From the NCBI GenBank assembly GCA_030770535.1, contig JASVEC010000003.1, forward strand, positions 682,001 to 746,000: a stretch of DNA of 64,000 nt, given 5' to 3'. Origin of the DNA: Batkoa obscura (lineage: Eukaryota). Each line of letters opens with the position of its first letter. Within the stretch, counting starts at the first letter, position 1. This document shows positions 24,622-37,319 of this stretch, one piece after another. The notes beneath the pieces were generated by a model. The model was not told the DNA's origin and did no database searches. It saw only the letters and a program-made list of their open reading frames with translations. The translations under genes were made by a program, and so were the position numbers.

Positions 24622-26991
24622 ATATTTAAAATGATATTTAACAACTTTTTATGACTGAGTTAATTTCCAAACTGGACTATAACTTGATCACTTATTTTGA
24701 TAATAAAAGATTATTATCAATCATTTATTTAAAGAATTTTTATATAATATGGTAAATAAAGGCATAGTTCCCATGAACACTAAGTGTAATGTTTGGTAAA
24801 AGAATTACCATGTTAAACCTTTTCAAAAATTTTGTGATAACTTTAGAAATTGACTTGAAATGAAATTAAATAAACAAGTATGATGTTAATTAAATGCAAC
24901 TATTATTTATACGGGATCCTCGCCTTAGCTTAATTATTTTGACATCTTTATAGCAAATAGATATATAATTAAACTAAGAATTATATAATTAATGAAATAC
25001 TATATTTTATTAAGTATTCTAAATGTTTTGATTTAAATAACTATTCATAATTCATTATCTTTTTAAATTATCCAGAATCCAGAATTTAATATCATATTAT
25101 TCAAATAAACTTGGATATAATATAATCTATTTCATAACTTGAAGTAAACTGAATATTGCTTATTTTAATTAAGTTGTCTTTAGTAATTTTTTCTAATTAA
25201 TTTTTAGTCTTTAAATACATGAATAAAATAAATTAAGATAATAAAATAAGGATATTTTTAAATAATAAACTATTTTTAAATGCCAATCTATTATTTTTAA
25301 AAAAATACACGAGTTAATGTTTATTTATAAGAATTTAAAATTTAGAAAAAAGTTAATATTTAATGAAGATAAAGTAACAAAAATCCGTTTTTATTGAAAA
25401 TATTCTTCAAAGTACTCAAATCCTCCTAAGTAATTATTAAGTTAAACAAATATTAATTGATAGTGTGGGGAAGTGGTCTATTAACTGGTGCTTCTTTACT
25501 CCACGAAAATTTATTAATTTAAAGTACCAATTAATATTAAAAACTACTGATAAATAAAAACAATAATACAGCTATTCAAAAAATGAAATAATTTTATTAT
25601 AAATGTATTGTTAGAACAGTATAATATTAGCTGCTTTATTATGTATTTCTTCGTTTTAACGGGTCAGTAATACAAATAGCCTTAGATTTATTAAAATGTT
25701 TAGGTTCAAGTATTTATTTGCTAAAAATAAAAGTAATAATAATAGGTTATTATTTTATTAAGCTTGGGAAATAAATTTTTTGTTTCTATAAGGTAAGAGA
25801 TATTAATAAGCATAATCGTAAGTTATCACTTGCATTTTTTTAAAAGTATAAGTGCCATCATCAATCGAATTTATGAAAAAAGAGTTAACAAAATAACCCA
25901 GTAATTTAACCTTTAGAAATTAGAGCACAAAGTTATTAGTTTTTGTTTAATAAGATCAAAAGCGGACATTAGTGAACTTAAGTCGTTAACTGTTTACTCC
26001 TCCTATATCACCTTTATTTTCCTCTTCTTTCTCACCGTCACTTGTACCACTTTTTACTTTTAGTTAATAAATCAATTGAGGAATTCATCCTCTTTTAAGA
26101 TATTTTTTGATTGAAGTTCTTTTGATATCTTTTAATTTTTTGATATTGTCCTAATATACACTCCCATATATATGTAATTTCTAAAATAATAAAGATTTAG
26201 CATTCAATCAAAACCTCTGGCATTATGATTATAATGAACAAATATTAGAACCTAAAACATGCTTCCTCTTAAGTTACCATACATTACAACCATCCGCTCG
26301 ATGGCGTTAAAATGTCACTTTTATTCTTTTTATTTTTAATTATCCGGTAGAATCTATAATTTTAAATATGAAATGTAAAGCATATTGTAGAAGTTGAAAA
26401 AAAGTAATTGGATGTTATATATATGAAGTTTCTAACGTTCTTCAAAATTAAAATACGATATTATAAATAAGATACTTATTGTAAACAAGAGAAATATTTG
26501 TTTTAAATTGTTATTATAAAGTTGATATTTTGCTATGTATTAAAAATTGATACAACTATAAATGAACTTTCTAAAAAATAATAAAACGGAAATCAAATTC
26601 ATTGACGTATACCGCTATTTTTCTTTAGAGAAAATGCCAGTTATTGATACAAACAATAATGCTATTAAAATGAAAGCAATTTTCAATATTTTTATCGAAA
26701 AAAGTATTAATTTATCTTTTTAATTGATAAACTAATGTATTGTATACTCTAAAAACTCATATTTTATTTTCTCAAATCACAATTTAAAGTGATCTACAAA
26801 ACCATTTACCTAATTTAGCTAATCTATTAAAACCATAGTTTGAAATTAAAATATCAAATTAAACTTTAAAATAGGCTTTAAAATTCAAGTGTTTTTTAAA
26901 AGAGGTGTTTAAGGGAATAAGGCATGGAAAAAGAATAAAATATAAATAAAGACTATGATGATGGTCACTTTGTTTTTTGATCATCGGAAAA

Positions 26992-28310
26992 ATGGAAGCC
27001 TCAACTCAATTGTCTAACAGTAACAATTCAGAAATTAAAGTGAGCGATGAAGGCTATCGGTATTATGAAGGTTATCGTATTAATGACGAAAAGGACCAAA
27101 TTTATTACAAGACTTGGATGGTAATATTGTTATTTTACTTGAAGCTTTTTAATAATTTATTAGCCTTTAGACGAGAATAAACGGTTAATTGGGAATATTA
27201 TATTTATCCATGGGTTTGCAGAATATTGCAATCGTTATACCCCAACATTTCAACACTTCCTTAAAGATGGTTATAAAATTTATGGTTTTGACCAGGTGGG
27301 TCATGGTTACACTGCAAAGCTTAAAAATACTTTTGGACGTGGTAGAGGTTTGTTAAGAGTATTAAAAGATATCGATGCTACTATTGAATCTATTGAAGAT
27401 AAAGATCTACCTTTGATATTATATGCCCAAAGTTGGGTAAGCAAAAGTTAAATTATAGTTTATCCTAGTTAATAAATTAAAGGGTGGAAACTGTGCCTTA
27501 AACTATTTGGCAATAGGAAAATATCGGGATAAGATCTATGGAGGGCTTATTGGTTGTAAGTAACTTAAACTATTAAGAATTTGGTTTAAAATTGGTTATA
27601 GCCCCCTGCATAAAAGTAGCTAAAGAATCAAGTCCCCCCACTTTTATTATACCTATTTTAGAGCTTATTTGTAAAGTTATGCCATGGATAATGCTTAAGA
27701 TACCAATAGGTAATTTTTCATTTAGAATGAAAGTTTAAATTTTAAATTTTTAGATCTCGATCATTTATCTAGGGTACAAGAAATAAGAGACACAGCTGCA
27801 AAAGATGAGATGATGTATGATACTTATCAATTGCTCCAAAGTAATTAATCTACTTTATTTAAAAATGTAAATTAACAGCATATTTAGTAAGAGATTTAGT
27901 AATTGGCGGAAGAGAATTGCTTAAAGAAAGATATAAAAAGATTAATATACCCAATCTATATATTACCCATGGAGATGTTGATAAAGTGACTGAGTATAAA
28001 GCAACAAAAACTTTCTATGGGAAATTAAAAGCTTATAATAAAATACCAAATTTAAGATTTGAAACCATTGAAGGTGGATTCCATGAGTGTAAAATCATAC
28101 CTATATTTATTATAATTAATATTTTATATTTTTTTAGTACAAAATGACTTGTGTGGAGATGATGTAAGTTTCAATATTAATTATAGAGTTTATTGTTTAT
28201 TGTTTATTGTTTAGATAATTTCTCGTTATACTACTTGGGTCAGAGAGGTGTGTACCAATTTTGATCCTAAAAAACTTCCTTCTCCACCCCTATCTGCTTC
28301 TAAATTATAA
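26992..28310 (+). CDS. Alpha/beta hydrolase, monoglyceride lipase/lysophospholipase-like (Hydrolase_4), multi-exon, C-terminal SKL
   Basis: FIHGFAEY, FDQVGHG, nucleophile elbow AQSW|GG across an intron, THGDVDKVT (Asp), GGFHE (His); last exon ends ...PLSASKL*. Confidence 0.85.
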
Positions 28311-28531
28311 TATAGTATTAATGATTTTAATCATTATATGGCCTTTAATAATGTCACGGATCTAAATCAAATACAACTGTATTCAATTATTTAACTACCA
28401 AAATAAATGCTTTTTATATCATTTTAATTTTTCTATATTTTTTTGGACAACATTAAAAATTTGAACAAAAGTTGAAAATATGCAGCTATTTTATAATTAA
28501 AATGATTAACAAAATTAGGTTATTTTTTTAA

Positions 28532-29608
28532 ATGCGGTATTTAACCCTAGTAAAAGCACCATTAAATAGAAAACTTGCACTATCAATAGTAAAACCGAAT
28601 GTACATACGATTTTAAAAGCATCTCATTTACATGATCAGCCAAATGCTCTACCAACAAAAGATTTGAGCCCAGAAAGATGGTCTCCTGCTCCAAGTGTGA
28701 ATTTACAACATTTAATCACAAGTTATCAAGGTTTATCTAAGGCTAAACTAGCAGGTTTAGTAGCATTATCAACTATGTGTGGTTATGCTGCAGCTCCAGG
28801 AGCAGCTGAATTATCAACCTTATTATACACAACAGTAGGAACTGGATTATGCATCAGTAGCGCTAACTCCTTAAATCAATGGGTAGAGATACCTTATGAC
28901 GCTCAAATGTCAAGAACGCGTAATCGAGTGTTAGTGAAGCATGCCCTTACCCCTCAACATGCGTTCACATTTGGAATTACAAGTGGCATTTTAGGGGTAG
29001 CAACATTATATCAATTAGTTAATCCTACTGTTGCTACTTTAGGTTTAGCTAATATTTTTTTATATACTTCAGTATATACACCATTGAAAAGGTATTCAAT
29101 TATAAATACTTGGGTCGGAGCTGTAGTTGGTGCTATACCACCAATGATGGGTTGGGCTGCTAGCACTGGTGACCTTGGGGTAGGTAGCTGGTTATTAGCT
29201 GCGTCATTGTATGCTTGGCAATTTCCTCATTTTAATTCTTTAGCTTGGAATTTACGCTCGGATTATTCTAAGGCTGGTTATCAAATGATGGCAGTTACAG
29301 ATCCAAACTTAAATGCAAGAGTTTCTCTAAGATATGCTTTAGCAATGATACCCATTTCTATAGCTTTCCCAGCGTTTGGTATTACTACTTGGTGGTTTGC
29401 TTTGGACTCAAATATTATTAATATGTATATGGCTGTTAAAGCTTACTCTTTCTGGTCCCGACCAAATGATAAATTTGCAAGGTCTTTATTTTTCGCTAGT
29501 TTGATTCACCTTCCAATATTCTTCGCGTTAATGCTTTTACATAAAAGTGGCGATGAAGACCAACCTACCTTTATAGATAGACTAATTTATCATAAAAAAG
29601 ATATTTAA
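28532..29608 (+). CDS. COX10: Protoheme IX farnesyltransferase (heme O synthase)
   Basis: UbiA-family motifs SANSLNQWVEIPYDAQMSRTRNR, YTPLKR, GAIPPMMGW, WQFPHFNSL, DYSKAGY; basic N-terminal presequence. Confidence 0.95.
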   Translation: MRYLTLVKAPLNRKLALSIVKPNVHTILKASHLHDQPNALPTKDLSPERWSPAPSVNLQHLITSYQGLSKAKLAGLVALSTMCGYAAAPGAAELSTLLYTTVGTGLCISSANSLNQWVEIPYDAQMSRTRNRVLVKHALTPQHAFTFGITSGILGVATLYQLVNPTVATLGLANIFLYTSVYTPLKRYSIINTWVGAVVGAIPPMMGWAASTGDLGVGSWLLAASLYAWQFPHFNSLAWNLRSDYSKAGYQMMAVTDPNLNARVSLRYALAMIPISIAFPAFGITTWWFALDSNIINMYMAVKAYSFWSRPNDKFARSLFFASLIHLPIFFALMLLHKSGDEDQPTFIDRLIYHKKDI

Positions 29609-29960
29609 TGCTTTTTTAAAAAATAGAATTAAGTTGTCAAACTATGGAGGTATATCTAAATTAAAAAGAACTCGAGTGTATACTTAGTATAAAGCTAATA
29701 AAAACATTAGTTAAGCTATAAATTTTAATTGATTTTAATTGACCTATTTAACCTACTACTAAATTATACTTTAAAAGAAATTATAGATTACATAAAAGAC
29801 TCATTTTTTAATACTGCTTCTTTATATAAAAAATAAAAAAGTATTTAATATGGATAAGATATCAAAAAATTGTAACAAAAGATGCTATATAAAATATTCT
29901 ATTGATTGGTCAAAGCATCAACTTTTAAAAAGAAGTTTTAACTCAATGAGGACATAACCC

Positions 29961-30815
29961 TTAAGCTATTAGTCGACCTAATCTATCGATACCTGACTTT
30001 GTAGCATCCTCGTGAGGTTGAAACTCTAAAGTATCACCAGCTGCTAACTCTATAGAAGCTCTTAAATGACGCCTAAATATAGATTAATACCAATATATTT
30101 TAATCTGACAAAAAGCTTACCCTATATCTAGTAATTCGTCTTTTTGATGAGAATCGCGAGTCCAAAGAGATAAACGATAAAAAGCTTTTCTAACCGAAAC
30201 TACGATACCACATACTTGTTCTGAGTGTGGAGAAGACTCTCCAATGCACATAAGTATCTAAAAGTTAGTTTAAGAGCTAGAAATAGATAGATACTTACAG
30301 AATATAAGAAATAGTGATTTATTCCGTGGGCTTGTTTTTTATTGAATTGGACAGTCCAACGACCACCTTTAGCGTTGGCAGGATCTTCCCAAGCTGGTCG
30401 GATACCTTCTCTAAAAATGTGAAAGTTGGAACCAACAGATAATTCTGAAACTTTAGTGATGTTATTGTAAGCTCTAAAAAAAGGTCAAAAGTTATAATAA
30501 AATAAAAATCAAACATGCTACTTACCCCCAGAAGTCTTCAACGGTACGAAAAGTGATCAATGGTTTTAAGTTTTGAGACCAGTCTTTTTGAGCTGGTTTT
30601 GAGTTTTGAGAATCATACCAAAAGGTCCAACTTTCTTGTAAAGGATGTTTTACATTGTAGTTAACCGGGTCGTTGAATATTGTTAAAAACTCTTGTTTAT
30701 CTTCCCCCTCGTTCTCTGCCCCCTCCTCACCACTCTCTTGATTCACCACTTCAATTTCAGCAGCCGCTTGCTCCAAAATTGGGTTCTCTTCTTTTTGATC
30801 TATACTTAATGACAT
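29961..30815 (-). CDS. Translation initiation factor eIF4E, 4 exons
   Basis: KHPLQESWTFWYD, TVEDFWG|AYNNI, FREGIRPAWEDPANAKGGRW, VCGIVVSVRKAFYRLSLWTR, EFQPH; stop at 29963-29961. Confidence 0.93.
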
Positions 30816-31919
30816 TTTATCTGGCAATAATTCTGATTAATTAATGGCTTCAAGGCCTACTTTAGCAAAAATGAAAACTTTAAATTGTAAAAATTAACAA
30901 ATTTCTTTTATGAAATTTATACAAACTTATTGCCAAAATTGTATTACTGCAAAAACTTAATTTACTCAATTAGGTTACCTTTTTGATTTTTATTTCGGTT
31001 TAAAAATATTAAATTTTCATTATTTTTCAATAAGGTAAAGTATCTATACTTCAATAGCTTAATTGAGAAGGAGCATTTAGTTTACCTTTTGGTTTGAACA
31101 CTTCCATACTATGGAGAACTTTTTTATAGAGATCGATTAATAATAATACAAAAAGATAAATAAATAAAAAAAAGATAAAAATCGATTAAGCTCAATATTA
31201 GATTTAAAAGCTTCATATTTTATTATATTAATTAACTTTAAACAGTATGTGTAATATAAATCCCTATTTATAATATTATAAAATAATAAGATAGAGCTAG
31301 ATCCAAAAAATCTAGTTGATATGAAATTATGTAGCTCTAAAGGAAGTACTTTAATAGATAATCCAACTCTAAAGAGTATTACTGTTTCTATTTTAACCAC
31401 TGAAGAATAAGATAAATTAAGTTTTTTTTGTAAAAGTCAGAAATACATTGAGTAAACTCTCATACCTTCCAGAATGGTTCCCTTTAATCAATTGCCCTAG
31501 AAACGCCAACGTATTTCCTCCATCTTGACAAATAAGCTATTTGGCCTATTCGACTTACCAAGAAGAAGACAGTATAGATTGGTTAATTAGATATATTGAT
31601 TGTATAAACAATATATTCAAATATACAACGATTAACTGTGCTTCGAGTCTTATGCTTTTGAACCATATACGAATTATTATTTAGTATATTGATTTCTACT
31701 AAAGACTTGAAAGTCGTGATGCTATCATATATTGCATTTGGCTGTAGGAATTTATTTAAATAAGTTATATCAATACCAAATAAAATATTTAATTATCACA
31801 ATAACCATAGTATGTTTATAAATTTAATAAGTCAAAAATTATAGATAAATTAAAAACTTAAAATTTTATTATTTAAAAACATTTAAATTTAATTAAGTCA
31901 ATTAGTTATATTATGCTAT

Positions 31920-33980
31920 TTAATAAGTTGGTTCCGAAGATTTTGTGCAGCTGGTAGTTTTTGAAGGTTTTGGGTTGTATCCCCCATACTTTTCTTCTCC
32001 AGATCTTGGTTTTTTGTAATAATTATAGTCTCCTTCTTGCTTCTTGTGTGGGCGTCTTTGTTTCTTACGTTTGGGTTTTTGCTTTTTTTGAGGCTTCTTT
32101 TTACCATAAGGTGAGCTTGGCTTGGGTTTCTTTCCATAGTCGCCTCCTTTGCTTGGTTGAGGGTTCTCTTTATAGTCTCCTTCTTCAATCGGTTGAAGTT
32201 TATTTTCATAATCATCTCCGGAGCTTGGCTGAGGTCTATAATCATTGTCAACTTGAGACTCTGAGGGAGTTTCGGTAGGTTGGGGTCTATTATTATAGTC
32301 ACCTTGAGACTCTGAAGCAGTTTCAGTAGTTTGAGTACTTCCTGAGTAATCACCTTCTGAAGTAGTAGTTGTTACAGGAGTTTTATTGTCACCACTTTTA
32401 TCACATAAAGTTAAAGTGGGCTTAGTGGTTGCATCAACATCGACAGTTACTGAGAAAGCAGCTTCTTTAGTTGGACTTGGGGCAGCATCAAAAGTAGTTG
32501 GAGCGGTATAATTTGGATTAGCATCAGGAAGAACAGGTAAAGCTGGTTTATCAACAACAGGGATTGTTGCGTTAAGTTTAGCTGCTAAATCAGGACGTTT
32601 ACAGAGAGAAGCTGGTGAAATATGGTCAATTTGATTGAAAACTGAAATAACTTGAGCTAAATTGGATTCACAAGTCTTTACGACTTCCATTGAAAGTTTA
32701 TTTCTTGCGCACCACTCTTCTGGGAGAGGATCGGGAAGACGAATTTTGTAGGGATCTTCTCTATCCTTAGAATTAGGAGCATCAATAGGGATTTTGGCAT
32801 CATCTTTTCCTTTTCCTTTTCCAGGTTCGGGTGCAGTTACATTTAAATCAACAATAGTGGTTTGGGTTGGTAATGGCTGTACATTAGTAGAAGTAGAGGA
32901 AGGATTGATTTCGGTTGCAGAAGAGCCAGTTTCAGCGGGTTTAGATACTGACTGGTTTTCAGAAGAGCTATCACTGGTTTCAACAGGCGTAGAAGTGGTT
33001 TCAGTCCCAGAAGCAGTTTCAGTAGCGGCAGGTTGAGATGAGGCTGATGAATCAGTAGATGAAGTTAAGACGGAAGTAATAGTAATCGAAGGAACGGGGT
33101 CAACTTCAATGGAGTCATCACTGTAGCTATAGCAGAGTTTGTTGATATCAGTAACATCGCCTACAGGGTTTTTATGTGGTTGAAGAATATCAGATTTAGA
33201 AGCTGGGCGGCGATTGACACCGAATCCATCATAGGTGTCTTGAATTTCAGGATGTTGAACTTGCCAGTCGTAGTAGACTTTATCAACATAACCATGATGG
33301 AGCCAGAAAATAGGATCATTGGGACTACTATGGAGTCTCATATCGCCACCAATAGCTACATGCGGTCCACCATGGGGAGCAGCTTCAAATGTTCTAGTAA
33401 GATCTGAATATTTGTCTGCTTTATCAACAATGGCTTTAATAGCTTCAGGAGCATAGAAAACACCCATGCTGCCATCATCGTTTCTGAATCTTCTTTTAAG
33501 ACAATGTTTGTCTTCTTTACCTGAGCCGTCGTATAATACTTGCCAATTTGCAAATGCACCATCTTCAACACAATCATCATTATCTGGATTACCGTTTCCA
33601 CCGAAATAGCGTTCAGTGAAGAGACCGCTTTTTTCTGGGGCTTGAGAATCGTAAGGCCAGTTCCAATATGGAATCGATACTTCAGGATCAACCTTTTGAA
33701 GTTCAGCTTCAAACTCCAACAAAAATTGACGATGCCATACTAAGAAACCAGTATGACCATGGGCAAATTTGCTGTTTGCGATATGGGCAAGAGCAAATTT
33801 ATCATAAGTGGTTGGCTTCTCACCTTCATTTAACATTTTTACTGCATTAAAGAATCTAGCTCTTTCATCATCAGTGAGTTTTCTAAACTCTTTACGTACG
33901 TATTTTCTTTGACATTGGGCTTCAGCACCTGAAATAAGGGCTGAAGAAAATAAAAGACCGGCTAACAAAAGTTTCAACAT
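31920..33980 (-). CDS. Secreted tyrosinase (type-3 di-copper) with Ser/Thr/Pro-rich linker and Tyr/Lys-rich repetitive tail
   Basis: Signal peptide; RKEFRKL; CuA His (AH...AHG...FLVWHR); IPYWNW; CuB PHGGPH...SPNDPIFWLHHGYVD. Confidence 0.92.
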   Translation of the reverse strand: MLKLLLAGLLFSSALISGAEAQCQRKYVRKEFRKLTDDERARFFNAVKMLNEGEKPTTYDKFALAHIANSKFAHGHTGFLVWHRQFLLEFEAELQKVDPEVSIPYWNWPYDSQAPEKSGLFTERYFGGNGNPDNDDCVEDGAFANWQVLYDGSGKEDKHCLKRRFRNDDGSMGVFYAPEAIKAIVDKADKYSDLTRTFEAAPHGGPHVAIGGDMRLHSSPNDPIFWLHHGYVDKVYYDWQVQHPEIQDTYDGFGVNRRPASKSDILQPHKNPVGDVTDINKLCYSYSDDSIEVDPVPSITITSVLTSSTDSSASSQPAATETASGTETTSTPVETSDSSSENQSVSKPAETGSSATEINPSSTSTNVQPLPTQTTIVDLNVTAPEPGKGKGKDDAKIPIDAPNSKDREDPYKIRLPDPLPEEWCARNKLSMEVVKTCESNLAQVISVFNQIDHISPASLCKRPDLAAKLNATIPVVDKPALPVLPDANPNYTAPTTFDAAPSPTKEAAFSVTVDVDATTKPTLTLCDKSGDNKTPVTTTTSEGDYSGSTQTTETASESQGDYNNRPQPTETPSESQVDNDYRPQPSSGDDYENKLQPIEEGDYKENPQPSKGGDYGKKPKPSSPYGKKKPQKKQKPKRKKQRRPHKKQEGDYNYYKKPRSGEEKYGGYNPKPSKTTSCTKSSEPTY

Positions 33981-36900
33981 ATTATATAGTCAACTAGGAC
34001 TTGAATGTATAACAATACCAGATTGGAATTAAGTAAGTAAAATAATTCGAGCGGTAGCCTTTTTATATTTTTTACCAAATTATGCTATAACCTAAATTCC
34101 AATGCTTTTAATAAATTTATAAATTAATAATAATAAACTTAGATAAATATAGTAATTTTCATAGAATTTAAATAACTCATTGGATATTTTCTTATTTACA
34201 AATACCAAAAACCGAAAATATAGAACAATTAATAAATTAATTAAAGCTTTATTTCTCACTTTTTATTATATTGCTATAAATTGAACTTTATACAAATAGA
34301 GCTTTAATTTTACTTTGATATCATAGATAATAAAAGATGACTTATTGTGTTTATTCATATTATATTTTAATGTGTATAGTTCGATTTAAAAGGGTGCAAT
34401 AAGTGTGAAATTTCAACCTTTTGTATGGTTTTAGAATTGAGCTGTATAGAGCAATCACAGTCAAATGATATCGTAGTTGAATAAGTTTTTACTATAATAT
34501 TTTGTTTTAAAGACAAATGTACGAATACAATAGGATGTTAATATATAACTATGTCTTTGGTAGAATATTTTAATATGAGCGAAGTTCTACAGGTAGCTAA
34601 TTACGAAAAGTATTATCACTTAGTATTGTGTTACTAAAATAAGTAGAACTATTTAAAAAACTCTTAACATAATATATAGCTTATATCATATCTAATTACA
34701 TGTTTTGTCATATTCAATTAATTTGATAAGCTATTTTTAAAAAATTTGAAATATTATAAATTGCTGTTCTTTAAATTCTAAGCGTATATTAATAACATGA
34801 TTAGGTATACACTTATTTAGATAGTAAGTAATATAAAGTTACTTTTTAAAGGAGTGATTTAAATGTAACATCAAACCCATTGGAGATTATATTATAATAG
34901 TTGCATACTTTTGTTAAAAAGTAGCAAAGCTAATTATTTTCAATTATTTGGGATTTTAATTTTAAAAATATAATAACTAAAGAGTATATTAAAATACACA
35001 CTGATCAGTAAGTCTTTATGCTTTACTTTAAATACCTGTTACTTTTTATAAAGAATTATACAGACACTACTTTGTCAACTAATAAAATATTGGTTATATA
35101 AACCCGTTTAATGATTAAACTACCGCCTTCGGTAGCTACCATAAAATATACCTATTGCTATAATATCTTTATTTAAAAAATAATGATAAAACAATGTATT
35201 TGAAATTTACCAAAGTTATTCTTCAGGTTTTAGTATTTTTATAGGCATAAAAAGTCAATAAAAATACCCATCTATTGAAGAACTTAAGATGAAATTGTTA
35301 ATTCAATAAATCTACATAACTAATAAATGGGCATGTCATGTTTTTTATTGTTTTAGTTTAGTATTTCATTTATTCAATATTAAACTGCTTTTTGTTTTTG
35401 GCTTCTTTTCTATTTAACTATTCATTATATCAATTGACGTTATATATTTATAAGATCTTATTATTAGTTTCTCATCAAATTAATTCAATTTTCCATATAA
35501 CATTGAAATTTATACAACAATTATAGTACAATATTGACCCCATGTAATTATAAATATAAAAATTTAAACTAATTGCTTTCACTCAAGTAATCTAAAAATA
35601 GAATAAATGAATTAACTTGGGAAGATTTAAATGCGTGCAATATATTTGGAAATTACAAAAATAACGATAGTTTTATTAATATTTTTTATCCTGGTTAAGT
35701 ATTTAATTTACCATTACACTTCATTTTAGCATAAATCAATCATAAATGATTAGTATCAAGAAAGATTAACAAGATTTTGATACAAATTCTACTTAAACTG
35801 TCAATGACTATTATAGAATACTATATTCATTTGTCCTAAGCAAAAAAGTGGCAAAAGGCTATATTGCTTATTTAATATGGTTAATTTAAAAGCCAAGTTG
35901 AAATTAAAAATAAAATTTTCTTATTCACTTTTTTTGTCCATTTCTTATGTAGCATAAATTTATAAAAAAAATTATTAAGCAAAACCAGACAAAAAAACGT
36001 TTCAACATGAGTTATTCTAAAATCAAGCAAAAGCAAATATTTTTGTAGCATTTAGTGCTCAATTTGCAATTTTGCAAAAAATCAAATTGAACAAAATTTG
36101 AACCGAGCTTTTAAACTAACCTCATAGAACTTAATGCCAGGTAGGGATTTTAAATTACAATATTTATTGAGATTAAAATTTTAAAATGTATAGGAAAGGA
36201 TGATTACAACAAAATGCCTGGAAACGATATGAATGATCCTACCTAAACCCATAAAGCTCAGTGGTAGGAGCACCTATGATTAAAGTAGCTAGTTTCAACA
36301 AATAACAAAAAAACGCTATTAAAATATTTATTTTCGTGAAGATCTTAAACTAGAACATTTGAAATAATGCTTCATATGTATTAATAATTAAAAATAGAAA
36401 TTTTATAATATTAAAACATATATATAACATCCAAATAATTTGGTATAACTAGAAAACTAAGACACCAATATCAATTTCCAGATGACAGATGCTTTGTTAA
36501 CTCAACTTTGGAGAAAAATCACGAAAAGATAATTTAAATATATGCTTTGTCATAAATACTGGTTTATTTTATTGATGTCGTTTTATAAGGACTTATATAT
36601 ACATATATAATAGCAGTCCCATCCTAGGAAATAATAATCAAACTGCATAATAAAATAGCTTAATGTTAATACGGATCTAATTTATAGATGAACCTAAATA
36701 CTTTGATAATAACCACTTAATAATATATTTGTCGATTCAGATTCTAGTTTGAAAACTATATGGATACACAGACTTTGAAGAATATATTTTGAAATTCAAT
36801 GGTCTATTATAAATTGTTCACAAATCAATTTTACTTTATATATACTTTGTAATTAGTTTATACTAAAAAAAATGCTTTAAGTTATGTACTATTTGAGAGA

Positions 36901-37319
36901 TCATTCTCAAAACTAAGGTGGAGCGTTGTGAATAATAACATTATACTTAACTTGATATAGGATTGATAGTTTAAATTTTAAATATTCCGATAAAGTCTAT
37001 AGTCTAATGTAATTACCTTTGTACAACATTTTTTTAAATTCTGTTTACAGATTTAAACTCATATGCAACGAAAGCTATATCATTTTAAACTTAACCGAAT
37101 CTATAACCACTTTTATAACCCACTTATTACTAGAATAGCTTAATGCCTCCAATAGGATATTTCTAATAAAATACATGCCTTGTCTAGATAATATTTTACC
37201 TTGTATTAACACTTCCAAATTATAAAATAAGATAGCGATAATTATAACTAGATTTATCCATAACTTTGTATTTGATTTCATAATGTTAGTTTGTATCTTT
37301 TTTATTAAATTATGATGAT

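Noticed and set aside
24469..24654. 61-aa ORF (and likewise 58543-58833)
   Set aside because: These are reading frames running through MITE copies with no protein-like features.
31916..33850. Several overlapping ORFs inside the tyrosinase gene
   Set aside because: Shadows of a codon-biased, repetitive CDS; no independent motifs.
35119..35135. CTACCG-CCTT-CGGTAG hairpin as a Helitron 3' end or terminator
   Set aside because: No CTRR terminus at the expected distance on either strand, and only one copy in the window.
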